Source: Treponemataceae bacterium (lineage in GTDB: Bacteria > Spirochaetota > Spirochaetia > Treponematales > Rectinemataceae). Taken from it: 64,000 nt of DNA. The position numbers and the translations under genes are program-made. Below the pieces are notes generated by a model. It made no database searches. It worked only from the letters and a program-made list of their open reading frames with translations, and was not told the DNA's origin. The DNA lies in contig CAXXVZ010000005.1 in NCBI GenBank assembly GCA_963678065.2, forward strand, positions 352,001 to 416,000, read 5' to 3'. Shown here piece after piece: positions 38,870 through 48,083 of this stretch (position 1 is its first letter; every line of letters begins with the position of its first letter).

Positions 38870-39787
38870 GTGATACATGAAGGGATGCGCGGGATAGGCG
38901 GCGCGGTATTTTTCCAGGCTCACCGCGGTGGCGGCGGATTCGAGCGGCCCGACAACACGCTCACCGCGTGCAGATACGGCTGGGGCCTGGGCGGAATCGC
39001 GGAGCTGGATGTCCGCAAGACTCTCGACAAGCGGATAGTCTGCCTCCACGACCCGACCCTCAGGCGAACGACGGACGCGCCCGCCGCGATCGCGGACCTC
39101 CCCGTAAACGAACTTCCCTACGAGGCCTTCAGGCATCTCGACGCGGGGCGCTACTTCGGGCCGGAGTATGCCGGCGAACGTGTGCCGCTTCTCTCCGATG
39201 TCTTCGAAATAATGGCGAAGGATCCCTCCCTCTACGCCTATCTCGACTTGAAAGAGAGCGGACTCGCGGACATCACGGAGCTGATCGGAGAATATGGCCT
39301 CCAGGGCCGGACCATCGTGGCGGGCCCGGACCGGGGCTGGCTCGCCGACATCAAGCGCTCGCTTCCGCAGGTCTGCACACTGCACTGGCTCGGCAGAAGC
39401 GGAGCGGAAATCGAGTGTCAGTTCCGGGCCGACGCAGCGCGGGAATTCGCCGGATTGGACCAGATTCAGATCCATCTCAACGACGATCCCGACCGCGCAG
39501 GAGGCTGGCGCTATACAGCCAAGAAGGGATTCCTCGAAGAGGCCCTGGCCCTGTGCAAAGAGGCAAAGATCGATCTCGAGGTCTTCCCTTGGCACTTCGA
39601 AAAGAGCGATATCGACGATCTTCTCGGGATAGGACTGCGCTGGTACGCCACCGATGAACCCTCGCGCTTTCACGGCTATGTTTCGGAATGGCTCTCGCCG
39701 CCTTGTATCACTTCTTGGCGGCGGGAACTGGAGTCTTCGCAGGAGGCGCCTCGATGGACAGAAGGTCGACCTCGAAGACGAGGGTAG
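38870..39787 (+). CDS. Glycerophosphodiester phosphodiesterase family protein; C-terminal tail overlaps FKBP gene
   Basis: QAHRGG, PDNTL, ELDVR, CLHDPTLRRTT, DAG..F...YAGERVP, YLDLK, ATDEP. Confidence 0.85.
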   Translation: MIHEGMRGIGGAVFFQAHRGGGGFERPDNTLTACRYGWGLGGIAELDVRKTLDKRIVCLHDPTLRRTTDAPAAIADLPVNELPYEAFRHLDAGRYFGPEYAGERVPLLSDVFEIMAKDPSLYAYLDLKESGLADITELIGEYGLQGRTIVAGPDRGWLADIKRSLPQVCTLHWLGRSGAEIECQFRADAAREFAGLDQIQIHLNDDPDRAGGWRYTAKKGFLEEALALCKEAKIDLEVFPWHFEKSDIDDLLGIGLRWYATDEPSRFHGYVSEWLSPPCITSWRRELESSQEAPRWTEGRPRRRG

Positions 39788-40454
39788 TGTTGGGCTCGAT
39801 CACGTTGCCGGCGCCCCGCTCGCCGTAGGCCAGAGCGGAGGGAATGTAGAACTTGTACTTGGATCCGACGGCCATGAGCTGGATGCCCTCGGTCCAGCCG
39901 GGGATGACGCCGTTGAGGGGGAAGACGGCCGGTTCCTTGCGCTTGATCGAGCTGTCGAACTCCGTGCCGTCGGTGAGGGTTCCCACGTAGTCGACCTTGA
40001 CGGTGTCCGTGGCCGCAGGCTTCAGGCCCGTCCCCTCTTTCAGCACTTCGTACTGGAGTCCGGAGGCTGTCGTCAGAACACCTTTTTTGGCCTTGTTGGT
40101 TTCGAGGAATTTCTTTTCGGCGACGAGATTGATCTCTGTTTTCTTGACGCGGGCGTCAGCGATGGCTGTCTGAACGGTTTCGCTCGCAGCTTCGTTGGTG
40201 ACCTTGGTCTTCTTGTTGACGAGGGCATCCTTGACGCCCTTCTGGAAAGCCGCGAGGTCGACGTCCACCGCGGTGGTTTTGAGGTCGGCGCCGATGAGGA
40301 CGCCGAATGCGTAGCCGATGTCGGCCTTGGTCGGCTTCGCGGCTGTGGCGGCGCTCTTGTCGGCCGTCGAGGCTGCATCGGTGGATTTGGGGGTCTTGGC
40401 CTGGCATGACAGGAGGAGGAGCGCGGCGAGCGCGGCGAACAGGATCTTTTTCAT
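39708..40454 (-). CDS. FKBP-type peptidyl-prolyl isomerase lipoprotein (FkpA/Mip-like)
   Basis: LLLLSC lipobox; TASGLQY, YVGTLTDGTEFDSS, VIPGWTEG, IPSALAYG, LVFEVDLL. Confidence 0.95.
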   Translation of the reverse strand: MKKILFAALAALLLLSCQAKTPKSTDAASTADKSAATAAKPTKADIGYAFGVLIGADLKTTAVDVDLAAFQKGVKDALVNKKTKVTNEAASETVQTAIADARVKKTEINLVAEKKFLETNKAKKGVLTTASGLQYEVLKEGTGLKPAATDTVKVDYVGTLTDGTEFDSSIKRKEPAVFPLNGVIPGWTEGIQLMAVGSKYKFYIPSALAYGERGAGNVIEPNTTLVFEVDLLSIEAPPAKTPVPAAKK

Positions 40455-40625
40455 GTCCTTTCCTTAGGATCGGAGAATGTCGGCCGCGCGGATCACGGGC
40501 CGGCGGAGCGCCGGCAAGGATCCGGGAACGGACGCTGGGCGGACCGATATCCGCCACGATCAACTACCATACGGACAAACGGTTAAAACCGCAAGGAGGC
40601 CATGCGGCCCCGGGTCGCGCGGGGC

Positions 40626-40973
40626 TCAGCCGAGAATGCGGAGGAATCCCGATCTGTCGATGAAATTGCTCTCCCGCACCAGGACCCCGTCACGGTAATA
40701 GCGGAGGTAGGGGATCTCGTAGTTGTGGAAGGTCGACTCTTTGAACTCCATGAAATCCTCGTAGAAATCCTCGCGGTCGTACTCAATCCAGAACACAGCG
40801 CGGCCCGGGGCCTCGGCGGCCTGGGACAACCACGCCTTCATCCAGAGCCACTGAGGACACCAGCTCTGCGTGAGGACCACGGCCACGGCGGGCCCGGCCT
40901 TCAGGATTTCGGGGCCGAACTCCTTTGCAAAAATCGCGGCCCTGCACTGGGCCTCGGTCAGTTTGGTCAGCAT
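40626..40973 (-). CDS. Small thioredoxin-fold protein (WCPQW)
   Basis: VAVVLTQSWCPQW, IPYLRYYRDG cis-Pro-like segment. Confidence 0.55.
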   Translation of the reverse strand: MLTKLTEAQCRAAIFAKEFGPEILKAGPAVAVVLTQSWCPQWLWMKAWLSQAAEAPGRAVFWIEYDREDFYEDFMEFKESTFHNYEIPYLRYYRDGVLVRESNFIDRSGFLRILG

Positions 40974-41052
40974 GGCCCTGAGTATATGGATGCCGGCATG
41001 CCGGGACAAGGCCGGCCGCAGCGAGCGCAACCGATCACGCCGGCACAATCGA

Positions 41053-42099
41053 TCACGCAAGCGTGATCTTCAGGAAAGTGCCGACTTCGTCGAGGGCCTG
41101 GCGGCCTTCGGGCAGGTAGGAAGCCATGAGGTGCCAGTCGTGGAACATGCCGGGCCACTCGTCGAGGCAGACCTTGACCCCGCTCGCCCTCGCCTTGGCG
41201 ACGAAGGCGCGGATGTCCTCGCCCAGAAGCTCGTCGCCTCCGATGTGGACGAGGAGGGGCGGAAGGCCGCGCAGGTCGGCGTAGCGCGGGGAGACATAGG
41301 GATCGCGAAGATCGGCGCAGCTCGGGTCGGGCGCGCCGAGATACTTCCGGGCGTCGTCCTGAAGGCTCTCCGGCGTGAGAAGCCAGTCGCTCGCGGCGAG
41401 CTTTTCCCAGGAGCCCTTGGCGTCGGAGAGGTCGACCCAAGGAGAAAGCAGAGCGACGCCGACCGGCAGGGTGGCCTGTGCGCCCCCGCGCGAGCGCGAG
41501 TCGCGCAGGAAAACGAGGAGAGCCATGGCGAGCCCCCCGCCCGCGGAATCGCCGGCGAGTGCGATGCTGTCCGGCTGGTAGCCTTGCGAAAGCAGCCAGC
41601 GGTATGCGGCGATCGCATCGTCGAAGGCCGCAGGGTGCGGGTTCTCGGGCGCGAGCCGGTAATCGACACTCAGGACGCGAATCTTCGAGGCCTTCGCGAT
41701 GTACGAGACGAGGGCACGGTGCGTGACGATGGAGCCTGTCGTATAACCGCCGCCGTGAAAGTAGAGAATGACTTTGCCCTCGCGCGCGTCGCGGGGGATG
41801 GCCCAGAGGGCGAGGCGCTCGGGCACGCGCGCTTCCTCGAAATCCACGAAGCGGGCCGTCCGGATATGCATGCCGAGGGCATCCTGGGATTTTCTCATCT
41901 TCTCGAGACTGCGCGGCTGGAGGGTTGTCCAGTGGCGGTAACCCTGGAGGGCCAGAACGAGAAGCCTTCCCTGCAGGCTCACGCCGGAGCGGAGTTTCGC
42001 GATGAGCATGCCGAGGCGGACGAAGAGTCCCCAGAGAATCAGTCCGGGGAGGAAGACGAGACGGATAAGGAGGCGGGCGAACCTGGTCCTCTTCCTCAT
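41053..42099 (-). CDS. Alpha/beta hydrolase, HSL-family esterase
   Basis: HGGGY, DYRLAPE, GDSAGG, SPWVDL, GMFH. Confidence 0.92.
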   Translation of the reverse strand: MRKRTRFARLLIRLVFLPGLILWGLFVRLGMLIAKLRSGVSLQGRLLVLALQGYRHWTTLQPRSLEKMRKSQDALGMHIRTARFVDFEEARVPERLALWAIPRDAREGKVILYFHGGGYTTGSIVTHRALVSYIAKASKIRVLSVDYRLAPENPHPAAFDDAIAAYRWLLSQGYQPDSIALAGDSAGGGLAMALLVFLRDSRSRGGAQATLPVGVALLSPWVDLSDAKGSWEKLAASDWLLTPESLQDDARKYLGAPDPSCADLRDPYVSPRYADLRGLPPLLVHIGGDELLGEDIRAFVAKARASGVKVCLDEWPGMFHDWHLMASYLPEGRQALDEVGTFLKITLA

Positions 42100-43310
42100 G
42101 TCAACATCGTGGCGATGATCGCCTCACAGTCCGCGAGGTCAAGGACCCTCGGCACAGGGTAAGGAGTGCGGCGGGCTTCGCGCAGGGCGCCCTCGGCGAT
42201 GGCGGGGATATCCTCCCTCCGCAGGAGGTCGAGGGTCGAGGGAAGTCCGAGCCCGGCGATGAGGGCCCGGACTTCGTCGATGAAACCTCCGGCCTCGTCG
42301 ATAACCGATCCATGCGACTCCGCCGGTTTCCCTTCGGAGCCATGCGCCGCGCGTCGGAGGGCGGCCAGCCTCGGGGCGGCGGCATCGGCGATGAAATCGA
42401 GGACAGAGGGCAGAGCGACCGCGTTGGCGAGGCCGTGCGGCACGTGGTAGCGCTCGCCGAAGCGGTGCGCGATCGCGTGCACGTAGCCGACGAAGCCCTT
42501 GGTGAATGCCCTGCCCGCGAGGAAGGAGGCCTTGAGCATGGCCTCGCGGGCCTCGATGTCCGCCCCGTCGCGATAGGCCCGCGGCAGGAAGGCGAAAACC
42601 AGCCTGACGGCCTCGGTCGCGTCCGCGTCGACAGAGGGAATCCTGAGAGTGTTCGTGTAGGCCTCGATCGCGTGGGTGAGCGCGTCGATACCGGTCGAGG
42701 CGGTCACTGCCGGCGGCAATCCAAGGGTGAGGCCCGCGTCCAGAACGGCCAGGAAGGGGGTCAGGCGCGGATCGAGGACGGTTCGCTTCATGTGGGCCGC
42801 CGTGTCGGTGATGACGGCCGCGCTGGTCGTCTCCGAACCGGTTCCAGCCGTGGTCGGGACGCAGATGAAGGGCAATCCCGCATTGCGGCAGGGAAGGAGG
42901 CCCGCAAATTTCTCGATCGGCTTCCGGTGGGTGGCTCCCATCCGTATCAGTTTGGCCGCGTCCATCACGGAACCGCCGCCGAGGGCGATGACCGAATCGC
43001 AGCCGGCGGCCCGGAGCGCCGCGAGCCCCTGAGCGCAGACTTCGTAGGAAGGGTCGGGCACGACGCCCGCGAAGACGGCGCAGTCCAACCCACTGTCGGC
43101 GAGGACTGACTCCAGTCTCGACACGAGGCCGGCACGGACAAGGGAGGCATCGCTGACGATGAGGGGTTTGCGTTTTCCGATTGCGGCGAGCTCGGCGGGA
43201 ATGTGCGCGATGCCGCCGTTTTCGATGATTACCCGGGGAAACCTCTGGGGAACGACGCTGAGTGTCCAGGCTCCCGCGTGGAACCATGCTTTCGTGAGGG
43301 TCGCGTTCAT
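42096..43310 (-). CDS. Iron-containing alcohol dehydrogenase
   Basis: GGGSVMD, PTTAGTGSE, DALTHAIE, HAIAH, HGLANA. Confidence 0.93.
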   Translation of the reverse strand: MNATLTKAWFHAGAWTLSVVPQRFPRVIIENGGIAHIPAELAAIGKRKPLIVSDASLVRAGLVSRLESVLADSGLDCAVFAGVVPDPSYEVCAQGLAALRAAGCDSVIALGGGSVMDAAKLIRMGATHRKPIEKFAGLLPCRNAGLPFICVPTTAGTGSETTSAAVITDTAAHMKRTVLDPRLTPFLAVLDAGLTLGLPPAVTASTGIDALTHAIEAYTNTLRIPSVDADATEAVRLVFAFLPRAYRDGADIEAREAMLKASFLAGRAFTKGFVGYVHAIAHRFGERYHVPHGLANAVALPSVLDFIADAAAPRLAALRRAAHGSEGKPAESHGSVIDEAGGFIDEVRALIAGLGLPSTLDLLRREDIPAIAEGALREARRTPYPVPRVLDLADCEAIIATMLT

Positions 43311-43400
43311 TGTGCCTCCCTTTGCCCCATTATATGTCCCGAAAGGGAGCACAGGCAATGAACGCAAACCCCGGCCTCGGCGGCTGGCCGGAGGCCGGAT

Positions 43401-43748
43401 TCAGCCGTCCAGACGCCTGAGTCGCGCGGGTTTCAGCACAATCTTGTCGGGTGAGTCCCCGGAATCGGAGCGGCAGCCTTCCAGCCTGATCCTGTCGCCC
43501 TCCGAGAAGTCTTCGCCGGCGCTGCCGGGAAAATCGGGCAGGCGCACGATATAGGTGACTCCATCGCTCTCCACGGCCAGCATACCCTCGATGAGTCTCA
43601 GCGTTCCTTCTATGCTCACGAACCCCGAATCCTGCTCCTGGAGCGCGGAAGGAGAAGCTCCCGTGGCGCTCTGTCTCACCTTCGTCTGAGAGGAAACCGC
43701 TCCGGTCAGCGCGATTACGAGAACGACGGGAAGTACGATGCTTTTCAT
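43401..43748 (-). CDS. Hypothetical secreted protein (small, possibly OB-fold)
   Basis: Signal peptide MKSIVLPVVLVIALTGAVSS; beta-rich C-terminus. Confidence 0.5.
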   Translation of the reverse strand: MKSIVLPVVLVIALTGAVSSQTKVRQSATGASPSALQEQDSGFVSIEGTLRLIEGMLAVESDGVTYIVRLPDFPGSAGEDFSEGDRIRLEGCRSDSGDSPDKIVLKPARLRRLDG

Positions 43749-43932
43749 TGGCTGCTCCAACGCGTTCCGACTCGATCAGGGACTCCGCGCGGACTTCATA
43801 TTCCGAAGGGCCCAGGCGGAAACCCTCACATAGAATATATCGCGAATATTCTCCGGGATACATCCGGATGCCGGGAATATCGATGTCCGTTTCCCGGTGG
43901 CACGAACTGAAGAGTCATCTTATATTGAAATC

Positions 43933-45192
43933 ATGAACGACGAACTACCCTTCGACCTTCCACGTGCATATTCCGGAACGGCCGACTCAAGCGGACAGGC
44001 TCGACAGAACGAAGCCCCGATCGAGCCGAGCCTGAGCCGCCGCGAGATGGAGAGCGCCTTCATGTCGCGCAATAGCGCCTTTGACGGACTGTTCTACGCA
44101 GCGGTCACGACGACGCGCATCTTCTGCAAACCGTCCTGCCCGGCGCGAAAGCCTTTACCGCACAACGTCGAATACTATGCGACGGCGCGGGAGGCTCTCT
44201 TCGCCGGATTCCGCCCCTGCAAACGCTGTCGCCCCATGGAAACGGACGATTCTCCGGTCTGGCTTTCCCGGATTTTCGAGGCCGTCGACGCCGATCCGGA
44301 CCGCCGTTTCCGCGACGCCGAAGTCGCGGAGTTCGGAGCCGATCCCGCGACAGTGCGCCGCTGGTTCAAGAAGCGATACGGCATGACCTTCCAGGCCTAC
44401 AGCAGGGCAAGGCGCCTTTCGCGCGCCTTCGACGCGATACGCTCTGGCGGAAGCGTCGACGAGGCCAGCCTCTCCCACGGTTGGGAATCCTTCTCGGGCT
44501 TCCGAGAAGCCTTCGGGAAGCATTTCGGCGCCCCGCCCACCTCTGCTGCGAGTCCGGATTCGCCGGTTTTGCCCGCGATCACAGTAGGCTGGATCGAGAC
44601 CCCGCTCGGGCCGATGGTCGCGGGTGCGGTGCGCGTCCTTGCGGACAGCGCCGCCGATCCAGCGAGGGCCACTGGCGTCGACGCCCTCTGCCTCCTCGAG
44701 TTCAGCGACCGGCGCATGCTGGAAGCTCAGTTCGAGACTGTGTCGCGAAGGTTCGGGATTCAGAAGGGAGCTTCCATTCTGAGGGCGCCCCTCCTCCCGG
44801 GCGAGAGCCCTGTCTTCGACATGGTACGCGTTCAGTTGACCGAGTATTTCGCGGGAAAACGCCGGAATTTCGATGTTCCGCTCGCGTTGCGCGGCTCCGA
44901 GTTTCAGGAGAAGGCCTGGCGCGCGCTCTTGCGGATTCCCTGCGGCGAGACCCGCAGCTACGCAAGGCTCGCCGCCGATCTCGGCGAACCCGGAGCGGCG
45001 CGTGCGGCGGGGCACGCCAATGGCCTCAACAGGATAGCCATCCTCGTTCCCTGCCACCGGGTCATCAACGCAGACGGGGAATTCGGCGGCTACGGCGGAG
45101 GCCTGTGGCGCAAGCGCGCGCTTCTCGAGCTGGAACGAGGCGAGCGGAGTTTTTCACTCTCGGCTCTTCCTGCGGAAAACAGGAGCCCGTGA
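43933..45192 (+). CDS. ada: Bifunctional transcriptional activator / O6-methylguanine-DNA methyltransferase
   Basis: Zn site FCKPSC...FRPCKRC, AraC-type HTH, PCHRV active site. Confidence 0.92.
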   Translation: MNDELPFDLPRAYSGTADSSGQARQNEAPIEPSLSRREMESAFMSRNSAFDGLFYAAVTTTRIFCKPSCPARKPLPHNVEYYATAREALFAGFRPCKRCRPMETDDSPVWLSRIFEAVDADPDRRFRDAEVAEFGADPATVRRWFKKRYGMTFQAYSRARRLSRAFDAIRSGGSVDEASLSHGWESFSGFREAFGKHFGAPPTSAASPDSPVLPAITVGWIETPLGPMVAGAVRVLADSAADPARATGVDALCLLEFSDRRMLEAQFETVSRRFGIQKGASILRAPLLPGESPVFDMVRVQLTEYFAGKRRNFDVPLALRGSEFQEKAWRALLRIPCGETRSYARLAADLGEPGAARAAGHANGLNRIAILVPCHRVINADGEFGGYGGGLWRKRALLELERGERSFSLSALPAENRSP

Positions 45193-45981
45193 AGCGAGGG
45201 CTAACGCGATGAGGCCCGCGGCCGTGATGGCGGCGATCCAGACCGCGCGCGAGAAGTCGGGGTCGACCTGAGTGCGCTTGATGGCGATACCAGCGTAGGC
45301 CCAAATCACGACGAGAGGAGCGGCCACAGCCTCGCGAAGAAAGATGAGGAGGAGGGCGACAGCGGCTCCCATGGCTATGGCTATCACCGTCCAGAGACGG
45401 GGATCTAGCCCGAGACCCTGCCAGCCCGAAGTCACGAGAAACGCGGTAACATTTGCCACCGTGGCAACGCATATCCAGCCGAGATAAACAGAAATCGGGG
45501 TGGAGAGGAAAAATGCCCTGATTCCCCCGACCTTCCCCCCTTCCGCCGACAAACGTTTTTCATGGATCCGCTCCTCCAGCATGACAAGGGTGACAAGGAT
45601 CACGAGCATGATGCCAAGAGAAAGGGCGACATGCCTGTATTGCCAGGCGAAGATCCACGAGACATTGGCCACCATGTTGACGACGAAGATGCGGTTGTCT
45701 ATCGCGTCCCAGCGGCCGGAAGGATTCCTCCCGAATGCCTCGGAGAGAACAGCCGCAGAATGACCAGCCAGAAGCAGATAAATGAGTCCCCAGATCGAGA
45801 AAGTCAGACCGGCGGGGACGAAAAGGTTCGGAATCTCATCGGAGAGGGTTCCCGTGTTGACCCCATTGATGGGAAGGATGTTCGCCAACGCGTTCACTGT
45901 GACGACGGCTACGAATCCTGCAAAGGATAGAAGTGCCCACACTTTTTCAGTGGTTCCTGATTTCGTGGAAACAGCGTGCAT
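45154..45981 (-). CDS. TspO/MBR-like tryptophan-rich membrane protein
   Basis: NALANILP, PAGLTFSIWGLIY, YLGWICVAT, VIWAY.GI. Confidence 0.75.
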   Translation of the reverse strand: MHAVSTKSGTTEKVWALLSFAGFVAVVTVNALANILPINGVNTGTLSDEIPNLFVPAGLTFSIWGLIYLLLAGHSAAVLSEAFGRNPSGRWDAIDNRIFVVNMVANVSWIFAWQYRHVALSLGIMLVILVTLVMLEERIHEKRLSAEGGKVGGIRAFFLSTPISVYLGWICVATVANVTAFLVTSGWQGLGLDPRLWTVIAIAMGAAVALLLIFLREAVAAPLVVIWAYAGIAIKRTQVDPDFSRAVWIAAITAAGLIALALASRAPVFRRKSRE

Positions 45982-46154
45982 GAAACGTCTCCTTTGTGCC
46001 CGAAAACGGGCTCAATCATGACTTTTCCCCCGCAACGGACCGGGTGGTCCATCCCGGATACTAGAATTCAATATACAAAGCTGTTGACGCTCAGGGAAAT
46101 GTTTCCGGATGGCTGGCGCGGGCCAAAGCGGAGGGCCGCCCCGCGCCTTTGAAC

Positions 46155-48083
46155 TCAAGCCGCCTCGGGGTTCTCGAACTGGCTGTTGTAGAGATTCGCG
46201 TAGAAGCCGCCCGCCGTGAGAAGCTCCTCGTGCCGTCCCTGCTCGACGATGTCCCCCTGGTTCATGACGAGGATGAGGTCGGCGTCGCGGATCGTCGAGA
46301 GCCTGTGGGCGATGACGAAGCTCGTGCGGCCGTGCATGAGATTGTCCATGGCCTTCTGGATGAGGACCTCCGTGTGGGTGTCCACCGAACTCGTCGCCTC
46401 GTCGAGAATGAGGATTCCCGGATCGGCGAGAATGGCGCGCGCGATCGTGAGGAGCTGCTTCTGGCCCTGCGAGATGTTCGTCGTCTCCTCGTTGAGCACG
46501 GTCGCATAACCTTCGGGGAAGGCGCGGATGAAATGGTCGGCGTGCGCTGCCTTCGCGGCCGCGACGACCTCGGCGTCGGAGGCTCCTGGCCTGCCGTAGC
46601 GGATGTTCTCCATGATCGTGCCGTTGAAGAGCCAGGTGTCCTGGAGGACCATGCCGAACATGCTCCTGAGGTCTGCCCGGCTGAGGCCCGCGGTGTCGCG
46701 GCCGTCCACGAGTATGGAACCCGAACCGATGTCGTAGAAGCGCATGAGAAGCTTGACTATCGTCGTCTTGCCGGCTCCGGTGGGACCGACGATGGCCACT
46801 TTCTGTCCCGATCCGACCGAGGCGGAAAAATCGTTGATGATCGTCTTGTCCGCCGAATACCCGAACTTCACGTTTCTGAACTCGACATTCCCGGCCACCG
46901 TGGCGGGCCGCGGAGCGACATTGGGCTCGGGTTTTTCCTCAGGCGATTCGAGGAAGCCGAACACCCTCTCGGCGGCCGCGGCCGTCTGCTGCAGGATGTT
47001 GGAGATGTTGGCGAGCTGAGATACCGGCTGGGTGAAGGAGCGCACATACTGGATGAAGGCCTGGATGTCGCCCAGGGAGATCGCGTTGCGGACGGCGAGA
47101 GCGCCGCCCACGATGGTGACGCCGACATAGCCGAGGTTGCCGACGAAATTCATCATCGGCATCATGATGCCCGAGAGGAACTGCGATTTCCACGCGGAAT
47201 CGTATAACTTGTCGTTGAATCCGCCGAATTTCGCGATGTTCTTTTCCTCGCCGTTGAAGGCCTTGACGACGGCGTGGGCGCCGAACATTTCCTCGACATG
47301 GCCGTTCACGTGGCCGAGGTACTCCTGCTGTTCCTTGAAGAACTTCTGGGATTTTCCGACGATGAACTTGATGATGACGAGGGAGAGCGGCAGGATGAGC
47401 ATCGCGACGAGGGTCATCTGCCAGCTGATGCTCAGCATCATCACGAGGACGCCGAGCACCGTCGCGACCGAAGTGATGATCTGCGACAGGCTTTGGCTCA
47501 GGGTCTGGTTGACTGTGTCGACATCGTTCGTCATGCGGGAGAGCACTTCGCCGTGGTTGGTCCCGTCGAAGTAGCCGAGAGGCATCCGGTTGATCTTCGC
47601 GAGGATTTCGTTCCGCAGGCTGTAGGTGATCTTCACCGACACTCCCGACATGATCCAGCCCTGGATGTAGCTGAAGATGGCCGACACGATATACAGCGAG
47701 AGAACAGTGAGGAGTATCTTCCCGATATATCCGAAATCGACGCCGGCATTGCCGCTGGCGGCGCCGCCAGCGGCAATGCCGACCACGCCTTCGAATAGCT
47801 TGGTCGTCGCCTTTCCGAGGATCTTGGGCCCGACTATCGAAAAGACCGTGGAACCGAGAGCGAACACCATCACGACCAGTATCGCAAGCCTGTATTTTTC
47901 GAGGTAGGCGACGAGTTTCTTCATGGTCCCCGCGAAGTCCTTGGCTTTCTCGCCTTTCATCATCGCGCCGGGACCGCCGGGACCCATCATTCCGCCGCCG
48001 GGGCGCATTCCCCCCGCGCGGGGCATCGCCGCGCCCGGCGTCGCGCCTGGTTTTGTGCTTTTATTGTTCTTCGTATCGCTCAT
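46155..48083 (-). CDS. ABC exporter fused permease/ATPase (heterodimer subunit B)
   Basis: GEVLSRMTND, GPTGAGKTT, ISQGQKQ, LDEATS, AHRLST. Confidence 0.95.
   Translation of the reverse strand: MSDTKNNKSTKPGATPGAAMPRAGGMRPGGGMMGPGGPGAMMKGEKAKDFAGTMKKLVAYLEKYRLAILVVMVFALGSTVFSIVGPKILGKATTKLFEGVVGIAAGGAASGNAGVDFGYIGKILLTVLSLYIVSAIFSYIQGWIMSGVSVKITYSLRNEILAKINRMPLGYFDGTNHGEVLSRMTNDVDTVNQTLSQSLSQIITSVATVLGVLVMMLSISWQMTLVAMLILPLSLVIIKFIVGKSQKFFKEQQEYLGHVNGHVEEMFGAHAVVKAFNGEEKNIAKFGGFNDKLYDSAWKSQFLSGIMMPMMNFVGNLGYVGVTIVGGALAVRNAISLGDIQAFIQYVRSFTQPVSQLANISNILQQTAAAAERVFGFLESPEEKPEPNVAPRPATVAGNVEFRNVKFGYSADKTIINDFSASVGSGQKVAIVGPTGAGKTTIVKLLMRFYDIGSGSILVDGRDTAGLSRADLRSMFGMVLQDTWLFNGTIMENIRYGRPGASDAEVVAAAKAAHADHFIRAFPEGYATVLNEETTNISQGQKQLLTIARAILADPGILILDEATSSVDTHTEVLIQKAMDNLMHGRTSFVIAHRLSTIRDADLILVMNQGDIVEQGRHEELLTAGGFYANLYNSQFENPEAA

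Noticed and set aside
43830..43890. Imperfect inverted repeat around CATCCGGATG upstream of ada
   Set aside because: Weak, GC-rich, and no match to an Ada box I can support
45154..45192. Convergent 39-bp overlap of ada and the TspO-like gene
   Set aside because: Short tail-to-tail overlaps are common; both genes look intact
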